NCBI GenBank assembly: GCA_051546255.1 | Contig: CP128815.1 | Span: forward strand, 1 to 64,000 | From: Meyerozyma guilliermondii | Lineage: Eukaryota | Direction of reading: 5' to 3' | DNA: 64,000 bases | Shown: positions 45,705-56,952 of the stretch, piece by piece | Layout of the letters: each line of letters starts with the position of its first letter | How positions within the stretch are numbered: the stretch's first letter is position 1 | Made by a program: the position numbers and the translations under genes | The notes under the pieces: generated by a model | Databases searched by the model: none | What the model was told of the DNA's origin: nothing | The model's input: only the letters and a program-made list of their open reading frames with translations

Positions 45705-46010
45705 TTTATCGAAAATAACCAAAGAAAATAATTAAGGATCTCGACATCTATTTACGAGAAAGTGCCCCTTGTTTCGCGGAGACAAGAAAACCACGGGGAT
45801 AAGACTGCATTGACAGGCTCGTATTTCGTAATGATAGAAGTTAGATCGGATCTGAGAATTGACATGGAGTTGACGAAATTTGAATATGTCATGGTAATCG
45901 TCATAGTAATTGTCATAGGACTTTGTCATAGGTTGAGTATGGTACTTTTCAAGTCTTTACAATTTGCGAGATTCCAATTCTCGTAAATATCCTATAATCT
46001 TATACCACTA

Positions 46011-47678
46011 CTAAACTTTCTCATCCAACGTCTGGTCAATGTTATGTATCTCCCGGCCCTCAATGGAAGAAGCCAGTTCATCAAGGTTGGATTTGGGACC
46101 GCTGTAGACTTTGTAGCCATACACATAGTAGTAAACCAACGATAAGATCCAAACTCCCACATTGATAACACTGGCATAGTTCATGGATTCCTTATCGACC
46201 AGTTTACTGGATGGAAACATCGACATGACAATGACATACAGCGTCCATGCCACAGTAACACAATGAATCATGGTGGTTATTGTTTTACCAAAATAAAATG
46301 GTCCAGGAACAAATCTCAGTTTCCCCGTAGGAAGCAATACAAGAAACACAGGCATTCCCCAGGCAAATGTGTTTCCTGCCACAGCCAACGAGAATAACGC
46401 ACCAGAGGCGGTGGGGCCAACCAAGATCAATAAACCAACGAGCAATGAAAGACAACCACCAAATATGGTAGCTCTAACAGGAACCTTTATCTTTGGGTTC
46501 ACGACCTTGACAATATTATAGAAAAACGGCAAACCATCGTCTCTACTAAACGCCCATATTTGTCTTGACGCAGCAATAAGAATCGATGCTCCCATAAGGT
46601 ATTGAGCAAACGCAATAATAGACATAAATGCAACTGCCCATCGTTTCCCCAACGCATCATAAATGATTTAAGCCATGGCCAGCCCCGTACTGGACTCCAT
46701 AACTGCGGCAACATCACCGTTCTTGATACATGCCGTGGCACAGATACAAATGAACCATCCAAGAATACCACACACACTAATGGAACCTATAATACCAATT
46801 GGAATGGATTTTTTCGATTTGGCTTCTTCCGACATGTGCACGCATGAGTCGAACGCACCAATGGTCCAAATTGCTGGCATCCAAGAAAGCATAAATGACC
46901 AGCCAGTGGTCCAAGTGAGATTATTTTCAAGTTGACCAAAGATGAACAGACCATCATTGAATCCGTGCTTGGAGGCACCAATAGGAACAGCAATGAAGAA
47001 CAAAATGATCAAAAACACATTAGCATAGATGGAAAACGCTTGTAAGAACGCCGTATGTCTGCTGGCAATAGAGCACAAAACAACGTGAGAAACTGTGCAA
47101 CCAGCGAAAACCCCATAATTCTTTGCATTAGTGATTGAAAAATCACCATCTTTACTGATAAAGACAGCTGAAAGAACCTCAGTTGCAAAACCAGAATTGA
47201 TCAGGCAGAATCCTCCACAGAGAGCGAGCGTATTGGAGCATCCCACCATGAAACTCAATGGAACTCTAAAGCTGTCAGGGCAGTAATAATTAGTCCAGTA
47301 GTACAATCCACCGGAAGTAGGAAGCAGCGAAGCCAATACTGACATTGAGGTTCCCACGCATAAAATGAACAACGAACTCACAATCCAACCCCATACCAAA
47401 CCAACAGGCCCGGCTTCATACCCAGTAGCCATAGTACTTGCAATCGATGGAAGCAACCCCATAATCGAGAATGCAATTCCAAACACCTGGATTGTGGAAT
47501 AGTTTCTGTTCAACTCTTGCTTATATCCAATTTGAGCCAAAAGTTCAACCTCGTCATCGACATGTTCGATACTACGAATTTCAGATCGGCTGGATGTAAT
47601 GGCATGGATATGTTCTCCTGTCCTCGACCGCATGGTGGATAACACACCAGCGGAGTTGTGGGTATTTGCTGGAAGCAT
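46011..47678 (-). pseudogene. UGA4: UGA4-like APC GABA/polyamine permease interrupted by one in-frame stop (46668-46670)
   Basis: LAQIGYKQEL.R, PTSGGLYYW, WTIGAFDSCVHMSEEA, ..AMA*IIYDALGK, SRQIWAFSRD.GLP; both halves are in the same frame. Confidence 0.85.
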
Positions 47679-48727
47679 AATTGAGGACTTGATCGGCTGA
47701 CCCGCCTATATATTGGAACCGCAATCATCCAAAACCATATCCGGGCGCTTACCGCACCATCCTTCCTGATCGGTAACGGCCATTTGCCGACTTATCTTAT
47801 CTTTGAGAGTGCCGCACGACTCTGCAGGAAATGTTTATGGAACGGAACCACGAAAAGTGGGGGCTAAGAACATGGTTGTTGATTGGGTCAATCATCAAGA
47901 ACAAGAATCGACAATAAATTCAAGTTTGAATCGAGATTTCAATTTCAAGTGAAATTTAGAATTGACATGGTTTACCCCTTACCCCTTGACTTCAAACCTT
48001 AATATTGGGTGTGAAGTAAGAATCAACAGATAGCTTAAGAGGACCCGATCACTTGAAAGACACCTATCCAGCTGAAAAGATCACCTACCCAGCTTTAAAA
48101 GTGCCTAGCCCGATGATCTTTTTTACCGGAATCAACTTATTTTTAGATTATTCTGAGAAGGGGGCTGATATACCCTAACAAATAATGATCAACTATGCGC
48201 TTTGAAAGAATAATTGCCGACTAAAGCTTAAGTTCACACGTTCCATTTGTATTGCAATTCGATTACCATTCGTATTGCCATTCGTATAGTTGATAATACT
48301 GGACGGATTTCAATTGACTAAGCAGTTAATTAGTGTAGATTAAATTGCCAAAGGGCTTGGTGATCTGGTCTTTCAATATATCGAGGCGACGTATAGCTAC
48401 ATTGTCTAACAATAAGTTTGTTCAGGAATGATCTTTCTATGATCATCTTTTATAATTTTGTTTGATTTGTCATAACCTCTCCGGTTATTTTCGGTTTTGT
48501 TCCTTACGGCTGCAAACGCGGCGAAATGCAGGAATTTCCATGCGAGTAATTAGGCTAAATTTACACAGCCGACTGTATAACTCATCGCCAAGAAAACAAG
48601 AAAATGTGAGTCCCTTACAGCAATGACTTCACTGCGCCACACGTACGGTTAAATACGTCGCAGATCACTGGTATCCTCATTGATTTTCCGCTCATCTTCT
48701 ATTTAACTTCATTCTCTTCCATTTTTC

Positions 48728-49438
48728 ATGCGACATCAGGGTGGCGGTTCTGGAACGTTTTGGATAGTTGCCTTGGTGCTTTTGGCATCATTGATTGCCA
48801 TAGTGGTACCACTTTCGATTCATTTTGTCAATTTGAATTCATCCAATGATTCATTCGACAATTCACCAAGTCTGTCTAGTGCAACTAGTACGCTGACATT
48901 TGCTGATTCTTCAACTCAAAGTTCACAAAGTTCACCTCTGACTACATTTAGTCGGACCTCAAGTATACCGTCTGGAGAACTCAATCAACTAGAGTTTGAT
49001 TCCTTGACAGAACACAACAATAAAAGAGCTCTTCACGGGGTTGGAAATTTGACATGGAACTGGGAATTGGCACAATTTGCTGCGGATTATGCCGCTTCAG
49101 CATTAGATTGCAATAACTTGCAACTTATACATTCTGGTGGACCATATGGAGAAAATTTGGCTGCTGGTTACGAGGGAGGGTTTCGGCCCGTAGATGTGTG
49201 GTATGATGAAATCAGTCTTTACGACTATGACAATCCAGGTTTTGCAGAAGAAACTGGCCATTTCACTCAAGTGATTTGGAACGCAACAAATGAGGTGGGG
49301 TGTGCTTATGTCGATTGTCATAACCAATGGAGCCAGTATACTATTTGTGAGTATCGACCGGCAGGTAATATTGTCGGAAGCACCGATGCACAAACTCGTC
49401 AATTGTTCAATGAAAATGTGCCGCGGCCGCTCAGCTGA
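48728..49438 (+). CDS. CAP/SCP (Pry/Rbt4-like) protein with N-terminal hydrophobic segment
   Basis: HNNKRALH, HSGGPYGENLA, WYDE, GHFTQVIW, VGCA, CEY.PAGN. Confidence 0.93.
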   Translation: MRHQGGGSGTFWIVALVLLASLIAIVVPLSIHFVNLNSSNDSFDNSPSLSSATSTLTFADSSTQSSQSSPLTTFSRTSSIPSGELNQLEFDSLTEHNNKRALHGVGNLTWNWELAQFAADYAASALDCNNLQLIHSGGPYGENLAAGYEGGFRPVDVWYDEISLYDYDNPGFAEETGHFTQVIWNATNEVGCAYVDCHNQWSQYTICEYRPAGNIVGSTDAQTRQLFNENVPRPLS

Positions 49439-49490
49439 GACCATAACGTCAATCTCTTAGAACCTCATTCGCTTCAATTCACATATATAC

Positions 49491-49997
49491 TTATAACGTT
49501 GGTAGATCCAATGAAATATCAGGTAAATCACCTCTTCCTTCAAAAATCTCATCGATCGATGCTTGTTCGGTTATCAAGTACCTATTGGTTGCAATTCCAA
49601 TTCTAGAAAGCTCTCTCCACCGCTCCAAATCTTCCCGCTTGTCTCCGTGTGCTTGCTCTGGATGCTCCCAATGACCCTGAGAAAAGGCCATGAACGTAGT
49701 AATACGTTTATTTTCAATATCCAAAATCAACGACACAACGGTTCCAGTTTCTTCTAACCAATTGACTTGCCATAAATTTTTCCTCACTCTCTGGTAGTAA
49801 CATGTCTGAAAGTTGTGCCGTCCAGCCATTGGCCCCCCATGAATCGAGTATACAATTCGTTTGTCATTGGGAACATGGAACTCGTATTTCCAGCCATTAT
49901 CATAAGTGTACTGAAAATGCTTGTTTTTCAATTCCTGGTCAAATTCTTCCTGAGGAACCTGAGCGGCGTCGACTCCAATAAGTGGTTGGTAGGACAT
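49491..49997 (-). CDS. Cofactor-free phenolic acid decarboxylase (PadC type), 168 aa
   Basis: YTYDNGWKYE, IHGGPMAGR, WLEETGT.VS motifs; length matches my recollection of C. guilliermondii PAD. Confidence 0.92.
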   Translation of the reverse strand: MSYQPLIGVDAAQVPQEEFDQELKNKHFQYTYDNGWKYEFHVPNDKRIVYSIHGGPMAGRHNFQTCYYQRVRKNLWQVNWLEETGTVVSLILDIENKRITTFMAFSQGHWEHPEQAHGDKREDLERWRELSRIGIATNRYLITEQASIDEIFEGRGDLPDISLDLPTL

Positions 49998-50065
49998 GCA
50001 AAAAAGACTTTTTGGAGAGCTATTTATATCTCATGGTTGCTCGGAGTATGAGCCGATATTTCGGG

Positions 50066-50134
50066 TGCGATTCCATTTAGGATGCGATTCCATTTAGGAT
50101 GCGATTCCATTTAGGATGCGATTCCATTTTAGGA
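50066..50134. repeat. Four-copy 17-bp minisatellite (TGCGATTCCATTTAGGA) in the PAD promoter
   Basis: Copies at 50066, 50083, 50100 and 50117 (last has one extra T). Confidence 0.9.
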
Positions 50135-50688
50135 TATCGGCACAAGATCAGCCGATGACGTTTTAGAATTGCTTCCTGTAAGTTGTTTCATTTGGAATCC
50201 TGCAAAGGTTTTTTCAAGAACTTTTGATTTTTAGGTAAACCAAAGTCAATGAAACGCTTTAGTAGATTTTTGGCTGAATACAAGGAATTAGTTCATCTTT
50301 CCACCTGACCTATATCCGGTGCGATAACCCTTATTTTCCCCATTGCAAGTCAATTTGTTCTTCTTCAGTGCTCTTTCGTTTATTTAACGTTCTGAGGCTA
50401 TAAAAGCTTAAGGATCCTTATTCTTGTATTGTTCTAGATGAAGCCTGGTTGTGACTTCCATAGATGATACTTACATTGTATGAGGAAGATACGAAACCAA
50501 TACCAATATGAAACGACACAGTTCACACGGCTCACACCTTCACTGTATCAGTTTATATGCTCCGATACAGAGTACACCAGAATTATTTTTCTAGGTCTGT
50601 TGACTGCAAATCAATTCTCATCCATTACATAAGCCAGACCTATGGCTGCGAAAAGTGTTTATGACTTTCCGTAAATTGTACTCTTAAC

Positions 50689-52116
50689 CTAATACTTTAG
50701 TTTGTCAAGTACACCTAAACGGTCACATATTCCTCGGAACCGATAATATGGATCAAGTTTGTTATAATTCTTTGCAAGAGCCAACCCCAATTTTACTTTT
50801 TGTTTCAAGTATTTCAAACTGTCTTTGGACGTTTGTGCCTCGAGCCATTGTACAGTAACCACGATCCACAACATAAGTTGTTCCTTTCTTTCCTCCCTGA
50901 GGCCCAGGTGTCTACTATCGATTGGTTTTTTAGCACTGTTCTCCAAAGTTGGTTCAATATAGTGATATTCATAATCATCCTCACCACCCAAGCGTTTAGG
51001 AATGTTGTCAGGATTGATAAATTCGGTCAAATCTTGGTACGTACGAGTGAACTTGATCCTAGCCTCCAAATCAGGACCAACCCAAGATTTGATGAGTTTC
51101 CAAAATAAATAAAATACCATCGGGGCATTGTGAATGATAATGAGATTGATACACTCGGGATACTTGTAATTGAAAGCAGTCGCAGCAAACTTGACAAATG
51201 CCAAATCTAGATTCTTGAGGGACATATCTGTCATATCAAAGAGAATGGTTCCTGTGTCCACATCGTCTTGAAACGCAGATACCATCAATCTCATCCACTC
51301 AATATAGACACACACAAGTCTCTCGAAATCACGGTCTGGACAATCCTGGCGATAGTGGATTTTCACCTGAATGTTACAAATAGGACACCCTTTCTTGTCA
51401 ACTCCTCGAACGTAAACCTGACCGTTTTTGAACGCAGAGACAAATTGGGGCTTTTCATTGTTCAAACTTGGCTCAGCGTCACCAGAAACCAACCAAGAAT
51501 CAACTGGATGCAGTTTTCCTCGCCATGATAACGTTTTTGCACCCATTTCAATGGTCGGAACTACTTTGAACTTGTTAGCAGTGACGAACCGAAGAAGCAA
51601 ATTGTCGGGTAAATCGTTTCTTAGACATGTTATAAATTGTCTCTGGAGTCCACCAGCATTATACCGACGAAGCTTGGGATGAATATCTTTAAGATCTGGT
51701 TTGTTCGAGCTGTTTGAATCTTTTCTTTCCACAGAAATAAACTCACCGTTGGTCGATGTTCCTTCAAGCCATACTTCCATATCATAAACTGACAGAAAAC
51801 TACGACGAAGTTCTGGGGGTATAGGTTCCACCACATCGTTCAAATCGTCGGTGTCACAATCCATGAAAATGCTCTTGGTAAGATGTCCTATACGACCATT
51901 CCCAGAAGCCTCGAGAGAACTAACAAAAGTTTTGGGATTCTCAATATCTTTTAATGACAACTTTTGGTCGTATCCCCAAAGTTTAAAATAGTGAGCGGTG
52001 CATTGTTTGAGAACGATTTCTTCGCTAGCTGTCAATGACCATACGCGGCGCCCTCTATCTCGTTTGGAAACTTGAGGCTTTTCTTTGTGAGTGGTTTCGA
52101 TGGTTTCCAATTGCAT
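50689..52116 (-). CDS. CRAL-TRIO/Sec14-family lipid transfer protein (Csr1/Sfh2-like)
   Basis: PDNLLLRF, GVDKKG.P, ILFDMTD.SL.N.D, YPE....IIHNAP, IPKRLGGED. Start at 52116 (TATA-like element just upstream) or 52218. Confidence 0.85.
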   Translation of the reverse strand: MQLETIETTHKEKPQVSKRDRGRRVWSLTASEEIVLKQCTAHYFKLWGYDQKLSLKDIENPKTFVSSLEASGNGRIGHLTKSIFMDCDTDDLNDVVEPIPPELRRSFLSVYDMEVWLEGTSTNGEFISVERKDSNSSNKPDLKDIHPKLRRYNAGGLQRQFITCLRNDLPDNLLLRFVTANKFKVVPTIEMGAKTLSWRGKLHPVDSWLVSGDAEPSLNNEKPQFVSAFKNGQVYVRGVDKKGCPICNIQVKIHYRQDCPDRDFERLVCVYIEWMRLMVSAFQDDVDTGTILFDMTDMSLKNLDLAFVKFAATAFNYKYPECINLIIIHNAPMVFYLFWKLIKSWVGPDLEARIKFTRTYQDLTEFINPDNIPKRLGGEDDYEYHYIEPTLENSAKKPIDSRHLGLREERKEQLMLWIVVTVQWLEAQTSKDSLKYLKQKVKLGLALAKNYNKLDPYYRFRGICDRLGVLDKLKY

Positions 52117-52609
52117 TATCACAAGAAGAGACAAAGTTGAATCATATATATTTTTTGATTTGGAGTTATGCACGATGCGTCCTCGTGCATATACATGCAT
52201 AGAACCATAGTCAGACATCGAGCATGGGTCAATTCAGATTTGAAAAAAAACCAAACAAAGAATAATTGTCTGATATGCCGACGAATGCGAAGGTCTCCAT
52301 GTGGCTTCGTTTCTTTGGCTCCGTTCTTCTCACACAATGCTGATTTCGCATCGTATTTTCAATAACATGCATGAATGTTCATGCATCTTAATGCCCTAAA
52401 TAGGATACTTTTCCCAAACGGGATATATAGCCAGCTTGTTGGTACAGGCTCAGATTTCGACCCCTTAAAAGATTAAATCGCTTTCTGACAGGTCAGATTT
52501 GGCATGTGATGCGAGATCAAGTGTAATTGAACTTTAATTAAATTTTAATTGAAATCAGGTTTCTCCTGCATAAACCCACCCATCTCAGCGCACCGGTCAA
52601 TTATCAACA

Positions 52610-53335
52610 ATGAGTGTACAGCACCTATCATCAATTAACAATGCATTCATATCCACTGTGGACCATCTACCGACGGACATTATACGTTCCTTGTGGCTAA
52701 TACAGTCATGTAATATCGAGATCAACAAGTTGGAAGACGAACTCAAGGGAAAAGACCAAATAAGCACTTTTGAATTTTCTGATTTGAAACTGAAATTGGA
52801 ACGACTATATGCCGAGGCAACGCTGGAAGCTCAAGCACTATATAACCAGCTTGTAACACACAAAATCACTTTGAAAGATGAGCTTGAACAGCTTCAACTG
52901 CTATCCAAAAACCGGAACACTTCCATCGTACAACCAGATAAACTCAAACACCAACTTGAAGAACATTATAAACAACACCCATTAGCCTCTTTCGAGAAAC
53001 AACCAAAAGCACCAATCAAACTCGTTCTCAAAGTTCTGAAAAAGAATTCTACAACCAAACCTCAAAAGAAAGAGAAACTTGTCCCGTATGTTCCTCCACC
53101 CACAATTGAAGAGCCCATCGATACTACGTTATACTGCTTCTGTAAACAGCCATCTAGTGGAGATATGATCGGATGTGATAACGAAACATCGTGCCCCAAT
53201 GGCGATTGGTTTCACTACAAGTGTGTGGGTATTATGAATAGGGTGCAAGCATTGCCATATACCACTGGCAAGAAACCATGGTATTGTTCGGAGCACTGTC
53301 GCCAAAAAGTAGAAAAAAGGCGAAGACGGCGATAA
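52610..53335 (+). CDS. YNG1: ING-family PHD-finger protein (Yng1-like)
   Basis: N-terminal DHLP.DIIRSLWLIQ; PHD YCFC..GDMIGCDN..C..WFH..C..WYC..C. Confidence 0.8.
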   Translation: MSVQHLSSINNAFISTVDHLPTDIIRSLWLIQSCNIEINKLEDELKGKDQISTFEFSDLKLKLERLYAEATLEAQALYNQLVTHKITLKDELEQLQLLSKNRNTSIVQPDKLKHQLEEHYKQHPLASFEKQPKAPIKLVLKVLKKNSTTKPQKKEKLVPYVPPPTIEEPIDTTLYCFCKQPSSGDMIGCDNETSCPNGDWFHYKCVGIMNRVQALPYTTGKKPWYCSEHCRQKVEKRRRRR

Positions 53336-53356
53336 GCTCAATTGGATGGTGTCTAG

Positions 53357-54853
53357 TTATACAGATAACAACTCTAGCATACCCTTGATCTCGCTGGCCT
53401 CGCGACACACATTGATTTCAGTTTGCACCTTTGTCATTAGATTGGCAAACACTTCTTCCAACACCACACTCTTATTGATGAGAGAACCATACATCTCGAC
53501 AATAACCCCAATATAGTCACATATCAAGTTGAATGATCTTACGTCCTGAATATTTTTAATGAACCATTGTAGGATAGGCAAGAGCGAGATCTCATCACGA
53601 CCTACCAAAGAAACCCGAACTTTTCCCCTATTGCGTAACTCATTTAATACGGTTATAGTATGTTCTTTAGGAAGCCCCGTAGCAAAGGCACTGTCCAATG
53701 CCTCGGACCATCTAAAAGCATTAAGATGTTTTTCAAACTGCTTTGGCTTTTTGGTTGATGCTTTGGCTGTCTCGACGATTCTTACCTCGTCTTCGCCATG
53801 GTATTCTGAGCCACGCATCATGCGGGAAAATGCAGAGGTTTTCACCAGTTTGGCCACGTTTGGACGTGCGTCTTTCCTGGTTCGAATTGAGAGTAATCCA
53901 GATGTGAGTCCAGTTACGAAATGCTTGTGATTTGATGGGGAAACAGCACACGATAAAACACCACCGCTTCCATATTTCCAACCAAACTTGACATCCCACG
54001 TAGGCGAGTTGGTGTCAAATATCTTCACATGGCCATCTAAGGAACCCACGAGAAGTCCACGATCGCCAGTATCATGCAAGCAGGTGGTAGTCTTTGTGAA
54101 ATTGTTTAGTTCATGAATCTGCTGTGACCGTGACAAGTCAAATACCTTGACCTGAGGACCTCCAGCACTTACTAATGTGGTGGGGGAAATTGCCAATACA
54201 TCTTCAACGGGATTGGTATGATTAAACTTGGAAACAAGTTGCTGCTGACGAGTATCAAACACCCTCACTATGCCGTCGTAACAAGCCGTGGCCACCAAGT
54301 TAGGGTTTCCAGGAATGAAACATGCACTTCGGATATAATCGCTGTGGAAAGAGTCGTCAAATTGATGAATTGGTCCAGTAGTGGTTTGAGAAATATCGTA
54401 TATCCTTAATACTCGATCATCACTACCAGTTACGAGCTGATTGCCGACAGAAGGATGGAACTTTGCCACCTGGGTCGGATGCGATGATGGTTGAAGACTC
54501 ACGAGAAGATTCCGTGGCTGATAAGCATCAAATATGGATACCAATCCAGATGCATCAGCTGCCACAAGTAACTTACCATCGAATCGATACTCGCCACTGA
54601 AAACCGTATCTTTGAACCGGGAGAACGTCTTGATCACTTGGCGTGTTTTGGAAGAAAATATCTGGATTCTGGTGGATGAGGTAACGGCAAAGTCGTGAGG
54701 TGAGGTTGGGTTGAAATCGATATGGCGAATTGGGTGGCTCTCCTTGACCAATAATGGGCTGGTGAAACCTCGCCAATATCGCTGCTCCAGCGTTGTCTGT
54801 GACGGCAACGTCGGGTTTCTTACAGTGGCTACTCCGGGCCGTACAGAGGACAT
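53357..54853 (-). CDS. UTP15: U3 snoRNA-associated WD40 protein Utp15
   Basis: EQRYW, PHDFAVTSSTRIQIFSS.TRQVIKTFSRF, WD repeats, C-terminal UTP15 domain. Confidence 0.93.
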   Translation of the reverse strand: MSSVRPGVATVRNPTLPSQTTLEQRYWRGFTSPLLVKESHPIRHIDFNPTSPHDFAVTSSTRIQIFSSKTRQVIKTFSRFKDTVFSGEYRFDGKLLVAADASGLVSIFDAYQPRNLLVSLQPSSHPTQVAKFHPSVGNQLVTGSDDRVLRIYDISQTTTGPIHQFDDSFHSDYIRSACFIPGNPNLVATACYDGIVRVFDTRQQQLVSKFNHTNPVEDVLAISPTTLVSAGGPQVKVFDLSRSQQIHELNNFTKTTTCLHDTGDRGLLVGSLDGHVKIFDTNSPTWDVKFGWKYGSGGVLSCAVSPSNHKHFVTGLTSGLLSIRTRKDARPNVAKLVKTSAFSRMMRGSEYHGEDEVRIVETAKASTKKPKQFEKHLNAFRWSEALDSAFATGLPKEHTITVLNELRNRGKVRVSLVGRDEISLLPILQWFIKNIQDVRSFNLICDYIGVIVEMYGSLINKSVVLEEVFANLMTKVQTEINVCREASEIKGMLELLSV

Positions 54854-54940
54854 GTCGATGCGATGAGGAAGATGCGATGAGATCCTATTTTTTGGTGAGA
54901 TTTTTGTATTTGGGCACGTGACTATACTAACCAGACTACA

Positions 54941-56683
54941 CTAAGCAAACGATACCGACCACCTTTTGATAGCACCATCGGCACCTCCAGATACCAATGT
55001 AGAGTCGCTATCACCATAGTTGGCCCAGCCGATCGCCGTAACTCCGTTTTGGTGAGCCAATGGGAACTTGAGCACTTTAGACGGACGGTCGACCGAGTAG
55101 ATGAATATGCCGGAATCCAATCCTCCACTTGCCAAATACTTGGAATCTGAAGTCCATTGGGCATCGAGAACTCTGCTCGAATGGTAGGCCCATCTGGTTG
55201 TCACCACATTGAAGTTGCTGTCATATAAAGTGTATTTTCCTGCCGAGTCAGCTACGGCAATGTGCTCTCCATTTGGAGATACTCTGATGAGTGTAGGAGC
55301 CGCTCTCAAGGGAGCCAGTTCCTTGCCAGTTTCAATGTTTTTAACTGTGTTTGAAGTGGTGAGAATGAGGCCATTTTCGGAAATATCACCACCATTGGTT
55401 GAAAATCCTAAATCATTGCTATGTTCTTTTTTCAAGTCCAAATCGTAAATTTCCACCTTTGACTCAAACACCACCGTGAGCTTGTTGCGCAAAATGAGTT
55501 GCTTGGGCTGCGAATCCAATTGAACTTCACCCACCAATTTTCCATCTTGCCATTTTTTCACTTTATCATCCCATCCAGCAGAATAGTAATTTGCAGAGTC
55601 CAGTACTATCAGGCACACGTACCCTGAATGGGATCCTGCCACCACTGCTTCTGGTCCATTCCACTTGATAATACTACCGTCGGAAGAAGCACTGATATTT
55701 TCAGTGACAGAAGTTATTTGTCCTTGGTGGCCGTAGATCGTAGATATACCATCTTCCTTCACCACATTGATGGTTCCATCGACAGAAAAGGTGATGATTT
55801 GGTCTTCGGAGGCTACTATGGCGACTTGCTGAGCCACAGAACCGGACAGAGGCATGTCGATTGTCTTTAAACATTCCAATTGGGAGTTCCATACTTTGAC
55901 GGTATTATCAGCACTAGCAGTAACAAAAGTGTTACTGTCGCGCCAGCTTACTCCGTAAATTCCACCCTGGTGAGCAGGAGTGGCTTTCAAGTACTCTCCC
56001 GTCTTGCCGTCGTACAAAACAATCTGTCTATCTGAGCCAACGCTTACTAGATGTGTTCCATCAGGCAGAAATTTCACCGCCTGAATCGAATTTGTATGGT
56101 GACCTCTCACACTCTTGTCAAATTTGAAAGGAGGTCCATTAAAGAACACCATTGCCTTGTCCTCAGACACAGTAGCAGCACGATAAGGACGTTGTTGGCG
56201 AATATCAACTCCAGTAACCGTGGCTGCATGGCCCTGAATATCACCAATACTATTGCCAGAATCCCACGAAAAACAATGACCAAACTTCTCCTTGCCCTCT
56301 CCAACAGCAATGATTCTTGTACCATCCGCATCCCAGGTTATAGCTCTAACCGGTCCCAGCAACACCTGAAATTCACTCTTTATTGGAGGTCGTTCAAAAG
56401 TTTGTGAGAGTTTTTCGGCACTCCAGATCTTCAAGTTACCATTAGCATCTCCAGAAGCAATGTAGTTACCCGAGGGCGAAAAAGCAGCCGCTGTAGTATT
56501 ATAAATGTGACCGGTAAATTGGATGGTATCAGTTGGATCAGAACTAGCAAGAGGTCTGACTACAATAGATTTTCCATTGGGATACGCCACACGATTATTC
56601 TTGACATCGTATGCCAATTGAGCAGCTTGGGCCCGAGCAGTAGCTGGAAGAGGAGGAAATAGCGATTTGGGAGTAATAGTCAT
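54941..56683 (-). CDS. AIP1: Actin-interacting protein 1 (double WD40 propeller)
   Basis: P.P.T.R, YPNGKS, SPSG.YIASGD, WDSGNSIG.I.GH, RPYRAAT, GPPFKF. First ATG at 56683. Confidence 0.92.
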   Translation of the reverse strand: MTITPKSLFPPLPATARAQAAQLAYDVKNNRVAYPNGKSIVVRPLASSDPTDTIQFTGHIYNTTAAAFSPSGNYIASGDANGNLKIWSAEKLSQTFERPPIKSEFQVLLGPVRAITWDADGTRIIAVGEGKEKFGHCFSWDSGNSIGDIQGHAATVTGVDIRQQRPYRAATVSEDKAMVFFNGPPFKFDKSVRGHHTNSIQAVKFLPDGTHLVSVGSDRQIVLYDGKTGEYLKATPAHQGGIYGVSWRDSNTFVTASADNTVKVWNSQLECLKTIDMPLSGSVAQQVAIVASEDQIITFSVDGTINVVKEDGISTIYGHQGQITSVTENISASSDGSIIKWNGPEAVVAGSHSGYVCLIVLDSANYYSAGWDDKVKKWQDGKLVGEVQLDSQPKQLILRNKLTVVFESKVEIYDLDLKKEHSNDLGFSTNGGDISENGLILTTSNTVKNIETGKELAPLRAAPTLIRVSPNGEHIAVADSAGKYTLYDSNFNVVTTRWAYHSSRVLDAQWTSDSKYLASGGLDSGIFIYSVDRPSKVLKFPLAHQNGVTAIGWANYGDSDSTLVSGGADGAIKRWSVSFA

Positions 56684-56952
56684 GATGAAGTGACAGGGAG
56701 GCACAGTGAAGGAGAGGTGGTGTACGGGTGCGGGAGAAACAGAAAAGAAGAGGATAGAGAAAGAAAAAGGAGAAAAGAAGAAGAAAGCGAGAAAACAAGG
56801 GAGTAAAGGGTAGAAGTAGAAAAGAGAGGAGTGACGACCAATTGAATTAGATTTGTAAATTTTCTTGCTGCACTCACATATCCATTTTTATTTCGTGGTG
56901 TGTGGATGTACACTTCTCATTCGCCAATAATGTTTCATCAACAATCACACTC

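Noticed and set aside
48061..48290. Short imperfect direct repeats in the UGA4/PRY intergenic region; AGATCT repeats at about 29384-29412
   Set aside because: Only 2-4 degenerate copies, consistent with local slippage and with no supporting context.
50571..50580. 10-nt telomere match AGTACACCAG (and a 9-nt match at about 14045)
   Set aside because: Short enough to be expected by chance.
52419..52465. Vaguely tRNA-like stretch
   Set aside because: No proper B-box or cloverleaf.
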